64,000 nt of DNA from Octopus sinensis. Taxonomy: Eukaryota. Positions within the stretch are counted from its first letter, which is position 1. Each line of letters opens with the position of its first letter. The stretch is taken from NCBI RefSeq assembly GCF_006345805.1, contig NC_043006.1:74462001-74526000 (forward strand), read 5' to 3'. This document shows positions 52,147 through 64,000 of the stretch, in pieces. Both the position numbers and the translations under genes were made by a program. The notes below the pieces were generated by a model. It was not told the DNA's origin and searched no databases. It worked only from the letters and a program-made list of their open reading frames with translations.

Positions 52147-53529
52147 CATATAAACATATATATATATATACATACATGCATACATATAGATTTATATAGA
52201 TAGATAGATATAGATATAGACATATAGATATATATGAAACAATTCGAACCAATATATTAATTTGATGCATCACACGCGCACCCGCACACACACGCGCACA
52301 CACACACACACATACACATACACACACACACAACACACCACTCACGCATATACATACATCACTGGCTGAACAATAACTAGATATATTCTACGGTACAGAG
52401 TACAGTAATAAACAAAATCCAATTTCATCTTCGATCTACCTACCATGTAAACGTTATATGCAAATTGGTATTTTAAGTTTACGAATGCATTTACTATCCG
52501 TAGATTAATAAATGGCAGTGTACTGGCAGAATTGTTGCCGCACCGGAGAAAATGCTTAGCGGTATTTCTTCCTCATGTTTATATTCTGAGTCCAAATACC
52601 ACGGAGGTTAGCTTGAAGGTTGCTAGTCCTATGAGTGGCGATAATATGCGTTCCAATTTCACAATAGGGCTGAGGTAATCGACTTCCCTTTTATCCCAAA
52701 ATTATTGATCTTGTGCTAAACTTAGAAAGAATGTTAACGGATTAAAATGTTTATGGACAGATAAAGAAGATGTACAGCTGCTGTTGAAATGGCCATTGAA
52801 ATCTGTCCTTCTGTTATGATTTTCTTAGCATGAATATATTGGATATGAGACGAATTATTTCCTTAAACATACGGCGTTGGTTAAAAATTAGTCTGTATAT
52901 ATCTGTCTAGTACTGCGAGACCTGACAAATAGACATAATAACTATCATTATCTAGTTAATAACTTCGATGATGTGATTGAGTAATTAACTACAATAAATA
53001 TTTTGTATTTGATCCTACTTCACTTCAGTGTGACTAAACTGTGAACTGTGTGGTGGTGAATTATAGTCTTTAACTGAACACATGCATTGTGAGAGACAAA
53101 GAGAAAGGTTAAAAAATAAAGTGGATACCCGGAGAAAACGATTAAAGCATAGCAATTGCATTTATTAATATCTGTACATATAAGTTCATCTCTATATCTT
53201 GCTAGCGGTAGTCTCATAGCGGTTGAGTAATTATTGTTCCAATATAAAATATGTCAACAACAAACCACTTGCTGTAGATAAAATGACATTTTAATTAACG
53301 CATATAACGATAAATATCTGTTCAATACTATGAAAGGTTATCGTTCCCATTGAAATGAGTTAGCCAATATAAATTCTGAATTGAAAATACAAGATCATTT
53401 TTAGTGTCGCTCATTTGGAGCAGATAATTTCGTTATGATAAAAAATGTCAATGGTGGATTAGACTTTTACAGCTTTTAGTTATGTGGTCAGCTAAGCACA
53501 CAACTAAAAGCTGCAGAGAGACTAGCAGA

Positions 53530-53945
53530 ATGGGACATCTGGCAGAAACGTCAGCACGCCGGGCGAAAGGCGTAGTCGTATTTCGTCTGCCGTTACGTTC
53601 TGAGTTCAAATTCTGCCGAGGTCGACTTTGCCTTTCATCCTTTCGGGGTCGATAAATTAAGTACCAGTTACGCACTGAGGTCGATGTAATCGGCTTAATC
53701 CGTTTGTCTGTCCTTGTTTGTCCTCTCTGTGTTTAGCCCCTTGTGGGTAATAAAGAAATAGGTATTTCGTCTGCCACTACGTTCTGAGTTCAAATTCCGC
53801 CAAGGTCGACTTTGCCTTTCATCCTTTCGGGGGTCGATAAATTAAGTACCAGTGACGTACTGGGGTCGATGTAATCGACTTAATCCGTTTGTCTGTCCTT
53901 GTTTGTCCTCTCTCTGTTTAGCCCCTTGTGGGTAGTAAAGAAATA
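53530..53945 (+). mobile_element. SINE family C, 2 units
   Basis: Head and units as above. Confidence 0.85.
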
Positions 53946-54639
53946 TATTTAGTAGTAATGATTCTATTGAGGCAGCAAACGTTGTGTAACCGTCAGCTCC
54001 GATGTCGTATGAACTGTGAGTTACGCTGACTTTGAACTGTACGCTATAAAGGTTCGTGAACACTAGGCTGTAATGGCGTGTGTAATATGAGCTACAATGG
54101 ATCTTTTTAATAGTAGTCTGCGTTGCAGGTTGACCTATGACTGTATATGTGCATCATTTCATATTTTTAAATTTCACATAATTCATCGAAGTATGTTAGT
54201 CCCCGCGAGGAGAACGAACAATATTTGAGCTGTGTAAATTGAAATGAACGGTAGTATCATGGCCGATGAATTGTCAGCAATTTGTCGGTTATTGTGACGA
54301 TTGCTGCAAAATAATTGTTTTGTGTGGTATGTAATCACTAGCATGGGATTTCAACTCCGCCGAGCGTAATGCCAACAGCAAACACTTTCGGTTTAAAGTA
54401 AGTAGCATACATTTTAGCGTGGTAAAGTAGCCTATAGCATTCGCCGTGGCTTCATTAACAAATTGACTGATGTTCTGTCAACGATTATGGGTGTCTTTGC
54501 AGGTATATAGCCAAATCCAATATTATTATTTCATATCAATATTGGGTGAATTTAATAAGTTGATGAAAGTTTCCAGATCACGAAGGTAGTCATCCTTGGC
54601 TAATATGACATTCAACGCATAGACTCACATATATATATA

Positions 54640-54762
<123 letters not shown>

Positions 54763-55469
54763 TTTGTATATTCCACCACTTGTGCATGTTTTCAAATAGG
54801 TTTGAACATGGCCAGTTAAATTGTCAGTGGACGGAATAACTGAGAAGCAAACAGAAAATAATCTGGAAACAACAAATGTTGAATGGCAGTTTTGATTGTG
54901 TGGAAAAGAAGTTTTCTTCCCAGCCAAATGGTTCTGGGTTCAGTCTCACTGCGTGGAAACTTGGCCAAATGCCTTCTACTAGGGCTTTGTGCGACTAAGG
55001 CGTCGTGAGTGGATATTGTAGACAGAAACAGAAAGCAGTCTGTCGTATATGTACTAAAATATGTATATATCTTTGCGTGCGTGTGTGTGTGTGTGTGTTC
55101 ATATTATTGTTGTTGTATTATCGTTATTATAGTTGACAATTTATGAAATGATTAGAGACAGAAGGAGATACAGGCGCACACCTACGGGATTCGAACCATC
55201 CATGTACTGCTTGGCGCGAGACCACGTTACTGGTTACATTTTATCTACATACGTATACACTCACAAACTCATATATACATTTATATATTTTATAGACATT
55301 CATAGATATAGACATATATATCTCCTAATATAATAACGAGCGTAGTGTTTTTATATGTTTGTGTGTGTGTATATATGTATATATATATACATATATATAT
55401 ATATATGTATACATATAAGTACATATATATACATATAAGTACATATATATACATATATATATACATACA

Positions 55470-55500
<31 letters not shown>

Positions 55501-55835
55501 CCAACATCAAGTAGGAGAAAGTAGTATAAGTGAAGGGAGAGGAGAGAATATATTAGTTCAGTGAAGGAGAAGTAGTGAGAGTAATAGTTCTGAATGATAG
55601 GGAGTGAGAGAATGTAATAGCAATGAGAGAGAGGAAGTAGAAAAGAGCACGTCGTGTATTTTCTGTTTTTCTCCGTCATAACATGTGAATGAGAAAGGAA
55701 GGAGTGATAGATGAATAACGAAGGAAGGAGTGATGGCAGACTTGGTAGTGATGGAAGTTTTATGGTAAAAAAATCAAACACCATTTCAACTCTGCGTGAG
55801 TATATGTGTGTGTATATAAAAGGGAGTCATGTGAA

Positions 55836-55873
<38 letters not shown>

Positions 55874-56085
55874 TGCGTGTACAATGGAAATGCGATGGTG
55901 AACATTCAACGTTGAAAAGGAATATCAAACTGTCTTTCAACTCTGTGTGAGTATATGTGTGTATGTTTGTGAGTGAACAAGGTAAGTATGTGAATGCTTG
56001 TATGTTTGCTTATTGTGTACCTTATTTACATATAAAATACTTTAATTAGGAGTGATGTTTGACGGTACGGGGTCAGCTCTAATAT

Positions 56086-56147
<62 letters not shown>

Positions 56148-57442
56148 GAATAGCCGGGGGAGACAGGGAAGGGCAGAGGACAAGTAAAAAGAAACGAATG
56201 GAATGAAACATGGTTTTTGTTACTGCTCACACTTAAATCCTTCCAAACCTGTCAACAATTTTGGAATATGGATTTTAAATATTTCGTTTCCCACTACTGT
56301 AGTGCTACGCAACAAAACTGCATGGACGTGTCTTTTCATTGCTAAATGAATAGGAAAAATAACGAAGACAATTAATGTCACGTTAGAAATAGTGTCTACA
56401 ACAGTGAAAAGGTATATTTGAGAATCAATAAAAGAGATGGAAATGTATGGTGTTTATAAGGGGGGGGGGGTTTCCGTTATAGAATAAATCAATTTTGATA
56501 AATGAAAATAACAATGAGAAAGTCAACGTCAAATCAAATGGACTAAATTCATGAATTCATAATAGAAAGATTATTATTTCGACTGGAACATGAAATAATG
56601 TATGGTATAGTTAGTTTGTTCAGTTATTGATTAAATATGTAAGTAAACCCAGACACAATGGTATTTTTTTTAAAGAACATAGCAATGCCATGTAAAACAA
56701 CGGTTTATGCCTTTATATTCCGAAAAGGAAATATCAAAAATACAACCAACACACGAACGAACGATATTCACTTATTGCCAAGCAGGCTCTACTATCCATC
56801 TCTCCATCTATCCATCTCTCCATCTATCCATGCTTCCATCTATTTAGCCATCCATCATAACTAACAATTAGTACTATATCGATGCAGAGAACAAAAACGT
56901 GTCATTGGTCGACAATTTGCGTATTGGAATATTTTATTGACAAAATATTCTTTGACTCGGTTTTCTTTTGTCTGCCGTTGTCTGCCTTTCTCTACCTCTA
57001 TTTCTCTGTCTGTCTTCTGGTCCGTTTCTCTGTCTATTCCCCTGTGTGTGTGTGGTGTGTGTGTGTGTGTCCTCTTCTCTTTCATTCTTTCTTTCTTTCT
57101 TTCTCTCTCCCTCTTTCTCCTGTCTTTAGTGTGCGCATATCTATATACGCGTCGAGGCGTTTGTAAGCGATGCGTGTGTATGTGTGTAACTTCTCATCAG
57201 ACTCCATTTTGATTGATCGGGTTAATATCTGTTAAGCAATTTTTCTTAACTCGCATTCACGTATCATTTCGAACCATATATTTTACTCACGCCGACGATG
57301 ACGTTTGGGGAAAAACATGAGCAATACAGCAACCCCACATCTATCCTTACCCGCATATCCTAAAACAAAAAACGTGTGTGTGTATGTGTGCATGTGTGAG
57401 TGTGTGTTTATATATATGTATGTATGTACGTATGTTTGTAAG

Positions 57443-57489
<47 letters not shown>

Positions 57490-57870
57490 ATATATTATAA
57501 ACACACAAACATATATAAACACAAATACGTACACACAACGCACACGCATGCACGTGTATATATATATATAAAGAGAGGTAGAGAGCGCACACGCGGGCGA
57601 GAAAGAGAAAGGGAGATACAGACAGGCATACAGAGAAAAGGCAGTATAATTAGTGCTATATAAAATTAACTTTAGGCTATTTTCAAGTTTTGTACCTCTG
57701 TACTTATGTATGAATGTACATTTGTCATGTTTGCCAGGCAAAATACTCAAAAACCCTGGAGTTAATCTCCGAATAAGGATTATTGTTATTGCAGCAGTGA
57801 AATCATTTTAATCCCTCAATTTTCTCTCTAAGAGATTATTTGTATAGTAAGAGGCGTATATGGTTTAGGT

Positions 57871-58237
57871 GGAGGCGCAATGGCCCAGTGTTTAGGGCAG
57901 CGGACTCGCGGTCGTAGGATCGCGGTTTCGATTCCCAGACCGGGCGTTGTGAGTGTTTATTGAGCGAAAACACCTAAAGCTCCACAAGGCTCCGGCAGGG
58001 ATGGTGGTGGTCCCTGCTGTACTCTTTCACCACAACATTCTCTCACTCTTACTTCCTGTTTCTGTTGTACCTGTATTTCAAAGGGCCGGCCTTGTCACTC
58101 TCTGTGTCACGCTGAATATCCCCGAGAACTACGTTAAGGGTACACGTGTCTGTAAAGTGCTCAGCCACTTACACGTTAATTTCACGAGCAGGCTGTTCCG
58201 TTGATCGGCACCCTCGTCGTCGTAACCGACGGAGTGC
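57871..58237 (+). mobile_element. full-length tRNA-derived SINE family A
   Basis: ggaggcgcaatggcccagtgtttagggcagcggactcgcggtcgtaggatcgcggtttcgattccc (A/B-box-like) ... gtcgtcgtaaccgacggagtgc. Confidence 0.9.
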
Positions 58238-58289
58238 TTCCATCCCCATATGGTTTAATTTCACACACATAACGAATTGTGAATTATCT

Positions 58290-58650
58290 ATAGTGAAAAA
58301 CAGATTGTCTTTGAGAAGCTTACTTTGCAACCATGTGGTTCTAATTTCAATCCTACAGCGCGGCACTTTGGAGCTGTGTCTTTTATTATATATTCAGGCT
58401 GACCAATGTCTTGTGAATGAATTTTGTAAGCATCGTATATGTATGTGTGTATGTGTATGTGTTGGAGTCATAAACCACTTGACAACTACCATCTTTTGTT
58501 TAAATTTCCGTAACTTAGTGGTTCAACAGATATTACCGATATAATTGAGTACCAGACTCAAAAATAAATACTGGTGTCAGTTTATTCGACTAATCTCTTC
58601 AAGGCGATGCCCCAGCATGGCCGCAGTCCAATGACTGCAACAAATAAGAG
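58290..58650 (+). mobile_element. diverged SINE family B
   Basis: aaccatgtggttc..ggcactttgg..ctgaccaatg..ttgtgaatg..(TG)n..gtaacttagtggttc..atggccgcagtccaatgactg. Confidence 0.6.
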
Positions 58651-58880
58651 ATTATAGAAGATAATCCTTTTTCTTCTTAATTATCCAATATGTTAACCAC
58701 AACACAACAACACGATAAATCAAAGTCATTCATCTTTCCAAATTTCGCAGTTCCATTCACGTTTCCGTATTACATTGGTTTGTCTGAAACATTCTTCCAT
58801 GACTTTCAGATTTGTGGTACAATGTTGATAAGATTTTTCATTCTGAATATGTTCTCTTGTTTGTTTGTTTTTATGTAATA

Positions 58881-59594
58881 CTAGCAGTATCGCCCGGCGT
58901 TGCTCGGGTTTCTAAGGGAAATAACTATATAAGCATTTTTAGAGAGTTATAGCCAAAAAATAGCAAAAAAATGGAAAAAAAATGATGGTAATTTTTTTTT
59001 AATCGTTGACTCATCGTAGACATTTTTAGAGAGTTACTTCCCCTGGCTCAGTGGTTAGAGCGTCGAGCTTACGATCGTGAGGTTGTGAGCTCGAATCCCG
59101 GACCGGGCTGCGTGTTGTGTTCTTGAGCAAGGCACTTTATTTCACGTTGCTCCAGTTCACTCAGCTGTAGAAATGAGTTGCGACGTCACTGGTGCCAAGC
59201 TGTATCGACCTTTGTCTTTCCCTTGGATAACACTGGTGGCGTGGAGAGGGGAGGCTGGTATGCATGGGCGACTGCTGGTCTTCCATAAACAACCTTGCCC
59301 GGACTTGTGTCTAGGAGGGTAACTTTCTAGGTGCAATCCCATGGTCATTCATGACCGAAGGGGGTCTTTACCTTTTTATAATAGCAAAAAAATGCATTAA
59401 AATGGAAAAAAATGATGGTAATTTTTTTTTTAAATCGTAGACTCATCGTAGACGCGCGCTAATACCCAGAAGGGCTCGATATGAATCACGACTATAAGAT
59501 ACCCGGTTTTGGTTAAACTGCACCGCAAAATGTGGGAGTGGTTACATCTAAATCGTAGGAGACAGACACACAACCTCTCTTTTATATATAAAGA
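58881..59594 (-). mobile_element. non-autonomous Helitron
   Basis: Minus strand A|TCtttatatataaaagagagg ... cccgagcaacgccgggcgatactgCTAG|T. Confidence 0.85.
59044..59372 (+). mobile_element. CORE-type tRNA SINE (family D) inserted in the Helitron
   Basis: ggctcagtggttagagcg...ctcgaatccc...ttcttgagcaaggcactttatttcacgttgctccagttcactcagctg...gaccgaagggggtctttacc. Confidence 0.8.
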
Positions 59595-60070
59595 TATTTC
59601 AACTGTTTGTTTCTGGTTAGGCTTAATAGATGTATTTTGATTTATGATTTTTTAAAAATTCTTATCCGTTTAATAAGTAGTATATTTTTTTTCTGTTTTA
59701 ATGTGTTTTTGTTTGTGTAATGCATCTGCCGTATCAAGGTACAGTATAATTGTATTAGATGCCGGACTATATGATTACTAATGATTTAGTCACATAGCCA
59801 TGCCTATACCCTACCCTAGCCATGTCATAATTGCAATTTGTTTCAATTTGAAGTGGTATATTAAAAGTTTAAAATATTCATCTCCCTTGATTTTGTTTTT
59901 TTATATATTACTTTATCTAAAGGAGACAAAGAGGAAACCTTTTCTTTGTTAACGTACTACACAACTGTATTCAGAAATGTAGAGGGGAAAATAGGGATGG
60001 TCCGTGATAGAATATCTATAATTATAGATCTGTTCAATTAGTGGAGTTCGACAAAAGAACAACACCTTCG

Positions 60071-60513
60071 GGAGGCGCAATGGGCCAGTGTTTAGGGCAG
60101 CGCACTCGCGGTCGTAAGAACGCAGTTTCGATTCCATTGTGAGTGTTTATTGAGCAAAAACAGCTAAGCTCCACAAGGCCCCGGCGGGGAGGGGTGGTGA
60201 ACCCCGCTGTACTCTTTCACCACAATTTTCTCTCAGTCTTTCTTCCTACTTCTAACACAAAGCAGAGGAACCATGGTGTGGTAAACTTTCAGACCCTAGT
60301 CTAGATTGCGAATCCTCTGTACCCCAGGATGGTTCAGCTCTCCAGCCGTTAAAAGCTTTCGTGCCCGTGCAACCACCAGTCTATCGCATGTGGTGGGTGG
60401 ATCTTCAAGTTGCCACACGCATTCTTAGTAGCTTAGAGTAGGCTCGAATTAGAGATTATTCTTTGTGGCTAATGGCGTGAGTCCTGATTGGAAGAAGAAG
60501 GAGAAGAAGAAGA
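60071..60513 (+). mobile_element. second copy of the chimeric SINE (A head plus alternative body, GAA tail)
   Basis: Shares body and tail with 7718-8176; possible degenerate TSD agaacaacaccttc / agacaacatcctc. Confidence 0.8.
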
Positions 60514-62117
60514 CAACATCCTCGTTAGATGTCACATACATGTCATCGGGCAATAATCTCCTGCATTCAATAGAACTGTAAGAAAACATCCTGCGTTAAT
60601 GTGTTTAACGCTTGGGTCTGGCGTTTCTATTGTTGCCATTGTTGTTGCTGCTACTGCTGGTGAACCTCAGATCAGTTATAATTGAGCAAATAGATTTATT
60701 AACAAAAGCCTTCCAGTCTGGACCATCCCATATTTTTAGTAATAACAGGAATTATATTATCAAATGAGTATTTCTCTTCTGGAAGACACTAAAATGACAT
60801 CTAAGGAATGTTTGGTTATTATTTCTAGCAGGTCGTGATACAGCATTAAGGATCAATTATTTTGGTACCGAAGTAGATTCGTGTTGCTTTTCTTCAAATC
60901 TATAATACGCGTAATAAGAATTAAATTGAATTCAGGATTAAAGGTATGATAAAGAGAACATCTACTAAATATAAATTCAGACTCTTCTTACACGAACCAC
61001 ATTTACATAGAATTTGACCGCTAAGCAAGAATTCCGTCTCCAAGTTATTGACTTCAAGTAACGCTTAGAGTGTAACACGACACACGACCCTTTCTATAAA
61101 TCTATATTTATTGCATTTTATAAATTATGGAAAAGAAGAATGGCCTTTATCCTTTGTTCAATTACAAGTCGTTTGAAACTAACACATAGGCAAAGGAAAT
61201 CCGGGGAAATCGTCTCTTAGTTGTCCGAATTCCGAATGATTATTCGATGAGATGACAGCTGCAGCATATTTTAGCGACATTTAATACAAGGAAATATATA
61301 TCATGACATTGCAAATATAGTTGCCGACGGTCTTAAAATGTGTGTCTAGGACTGTTTGCTTTAGAAATCAGTATTACTATGCTGGGAAAGTTGAACATAA
61401 TTTTATATAAGACGCCACTAGATTGATAATAAGATGCCACTGTCTGAATTTAATATATAAGGAATACGATATGCCATTACTTAAAGCATCGGAAATATTT
61501 GATGGCTTATCGAACAATACCTTAGAAATCGTCTTTGGAAGTATTAAATATTAAAGATTAATGAGACAGCAAAATGCAGCAGAATAATATATCAGTACGT
61601 GAAAGTAAACGACGAAGATTAATGCCTAAAGCAAAGAGAAACAGTACGTTAAAAGGACATGGAAAACGGCATAATAATGTTTATCCATGAAAGATGTATT
61701 TCTGTAGAAGCTAGAAACTTAAAAGACTGTATACGTGATGTCAGAGAAATGATATTCTGTATTATACAATGATATCGTATCTTAAGTTGGTGGATCTCAT
61801 TTGCAAATCATCAATGCTTATTCAACAGAATGCACATTTAAAAATACAAAATATCACATTATGAACGATATGGTGACATTTCTTAAGTTGATGTTATATT
61901 TTCGCATTGTTGATGGAGCTTTACAATGATGTAAATTTGTTTAGCAATTGTTGAAGGAGAGATCAGTTATACTGTGTAAAGATTTTGCCAAAAGAAATAC
62001 AAACGTCCAGCAAAAATAGCAATATAATAAACCCTCGACATATCGTGGTTCACCTATCGCGGTTTATTATTTAAGTTTACGTCGATTCCTCTGTGGTGTT
62101 TTGCTTTTATAAAAAAA

Positions 62118-64000
62118 CTAGCAGAGATACCCGGCGTTGCCCAGTTACATTCAATAGAAGAATTAGACTTTTCTGTTATATATATATATGGATACACACA
62201 CAAATATATGTATATTAATATAAATACATGAAAGTACATGACGTTTGTTAAAAAAAGGGGATCATGTATATACCTCCTGGCTGTTGAGATTATAACACCT
62301 CGTTGTAAACAATGTTCCTTGTTTTTCCTTGTGTAGCATATACAAAAAGGTTTCTTTTGGTTCCTACTCTTGAGCAGCCAACATACAGTTGCCTATGCGA
62401 GAAGCAGGGCTCTTCCAAGAGAAGACCAGCTACAGAGAGGGTTTGATCCTGAGATTTGTTAATGGACATGGCAAAGGGGGAATTGCAGTCTTCTGAATGT
62501 AAATGGAATTTCTGCTCCTGATGGAGTAAGAGGAAATCTTGGAATAAAGACGTCATCACCTTTTCCACATCCAGAAAGTATGATCGCCTCGATAACGTGT
62601 AATATGATTTTCTTTATCACCAGTCGTGTTCCATTGCAAAGTCTTGGTGGTTCCAGATTGCGGAGTAGCATTACAGGAGTTCCAACTTTACGTGGTAATA
62701 TGTGTGGAGGTAGTCCAGGATGGCTCCAGTGAATTGAGAAATTCAGGATGATAGTTCACAACTTCATTTATATCTGGAATTGTATCAACAGACTTATAAG
62801 TGTGTATAGTGCCGGGAAGAGAATGCATTAGCTGTTGATTAATTTTGTTAACAGCGACGTTTTTTGGAGCTAATATTGCTCTTTCACACAGCCAATTGTG
62901 ATTTTGGTAGTTTTGTGTGAGGTTGGGAAAGGCTTTGTTTTTGAGGTCATTTACAAAATTAACAACAGAGGAAAATGACCACACTTCCATTTGTCCTGCA
63001 GCATCGAGAGGCATCTTGCCTTCACCAAGTGTCAAAATGTCCTGTACAAACATTGTGGACATTTTGTCGCCGTGTAGCTGAGCTCTCAAGTTAGTGGTGA
63101 GACTAAAGATTGTAACATGATGCCACGGGGTAGAGGACTTTAGGCATGCTTGAACTTCATCAGCTCTAGTGCCTTTCGGAATGACAGGAAGAGTTTGCCT
63201 GAAATCACCTGACAACAGAAGCGTTACACCTCCCATTGGAGCCTGACAGTCTCGGATGTCTTTCAGGGCTCTATCTAATGCTTCCAAAGCTCCCTTGTGA
63301 GCCTTAGTGCACTCATCCCAGACAATTACATAACATATTTTAAGTACTTGTCCCTGATCTGAGCTTTTGTTGATGTTGCATGAAGGCATTTCGGATGCTG
63401 CTAAATTGAGAGGGAGTTTAAAAGTTGAGTGTGCTGTCCTGCCACCGGGTAACAAAGTAGCTGCAATGCCAGAGGAGGCTACAGCTACTGCAATGTACTG
63501 ATGCTACCTAACTTCTGCAAGGAGAAGCTTTATAATAAATGTTTTTCCTGTCCCTCCAGGAGCATCGAGTAAGAAGATTCGTCCCTCGCATTGGCGTACA
63601 CTGTTAAGAATAGTTCTGTAGGCCTGCAGCTGGTCCGGAAGTAATTTAGGCTCATTTTCAACAATGTACTTTGAAAGCGCTTGGGTGTCGTAGGTTGTTT
63701 CACGAATGACAGCAGTGGGAAGGCTATTTGACCCTGATCTGAATGTTTGTGGCAGGCCATACGTCGACAATTCATTTCCACCCAGTTTAGCAATTTTTTC
63801 TTCAATGTCAATGAGTGTTTTGTTATAGATTTCATTGCTGATACCCTCCACGTCAGGATAGAGCAGTTGAGCTTGGCGCTGAAGGGGACAATGTTTTTGA
63901 GATTCCGGTTCGAATGTAAGGCAGGTTTGAAAGTGTTCCCAACAGTTATTAGTTGTAGTGGTAGAGTGTTTATGCCGAATATGTACGTATGCATGTATAT
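62118..64000 (-). mobile_element. Helitron 3' portion with frameshifted PIF1 helicase
   Basis: ORFs 63504-63851 (LLDAPGGTGKTF, Walker A), 62688-63455 (GGRTAHSTFKLP, IVWDEC, SGDFRQ, RAILAPKN), 62459-62671 (LCNGTRL), 62290-62568 (AMSINKSQ, QLYVGCSRV); 3' end ctgggcaacgccgggtatctctgCTAG|T. Confidence 0.9.

Noticed and set aside
55170-55235. Minus-strand tRNA-like fragment with GGTTCGAATCCC
   Set aside because: T-loop motif only; acceptor and D arms cannot be built. At most a decayed tRNA-derived fragment.

Overview
AT-rich, microsatellite- and transposon-dense eukaryotic DNA, most likely from Octopus or another cephalopod (inferred from the receptor and SINE families). The only host gene I can support is the first coding exon of a rhodopsin-class GnRH/corazonin-type receptor (oct-GnRHR-like; CDS 21383-21874, + strand). 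It covers TM1-TM4, has short uORFs upstream, and is followed by an intron in which I found no second exon before the window ends (>42 kb). The rest is mobile DNA: several Penelope-like elements (PLEs, GIY-YIG endonuclease) including a 1.33-kb near-perfect fold-back, three Helitrons (PIF1 helicase), CRE-, RTE- and pogo/Tc1-type remnants, TIR MITEs, at least four tRNA-derived SINE families, and many simple repeats. The most interesting signal is a set of minimal type-I hammerhead-ribozyme folds in the termini of different PLE or PLE-like repeat families. Each has a palindromic helix III and a different non-canonical core: CUGUGGA, CCGAAGA, and GUGAACA, the last being a compensatory G3:C8 swap of the C3:G8 tertiary pair. 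Two of these lie in sense orientation inside the putative GnRHR intron. Mobile-element boundaries are read by eye and are approximate unless termini are quoted.
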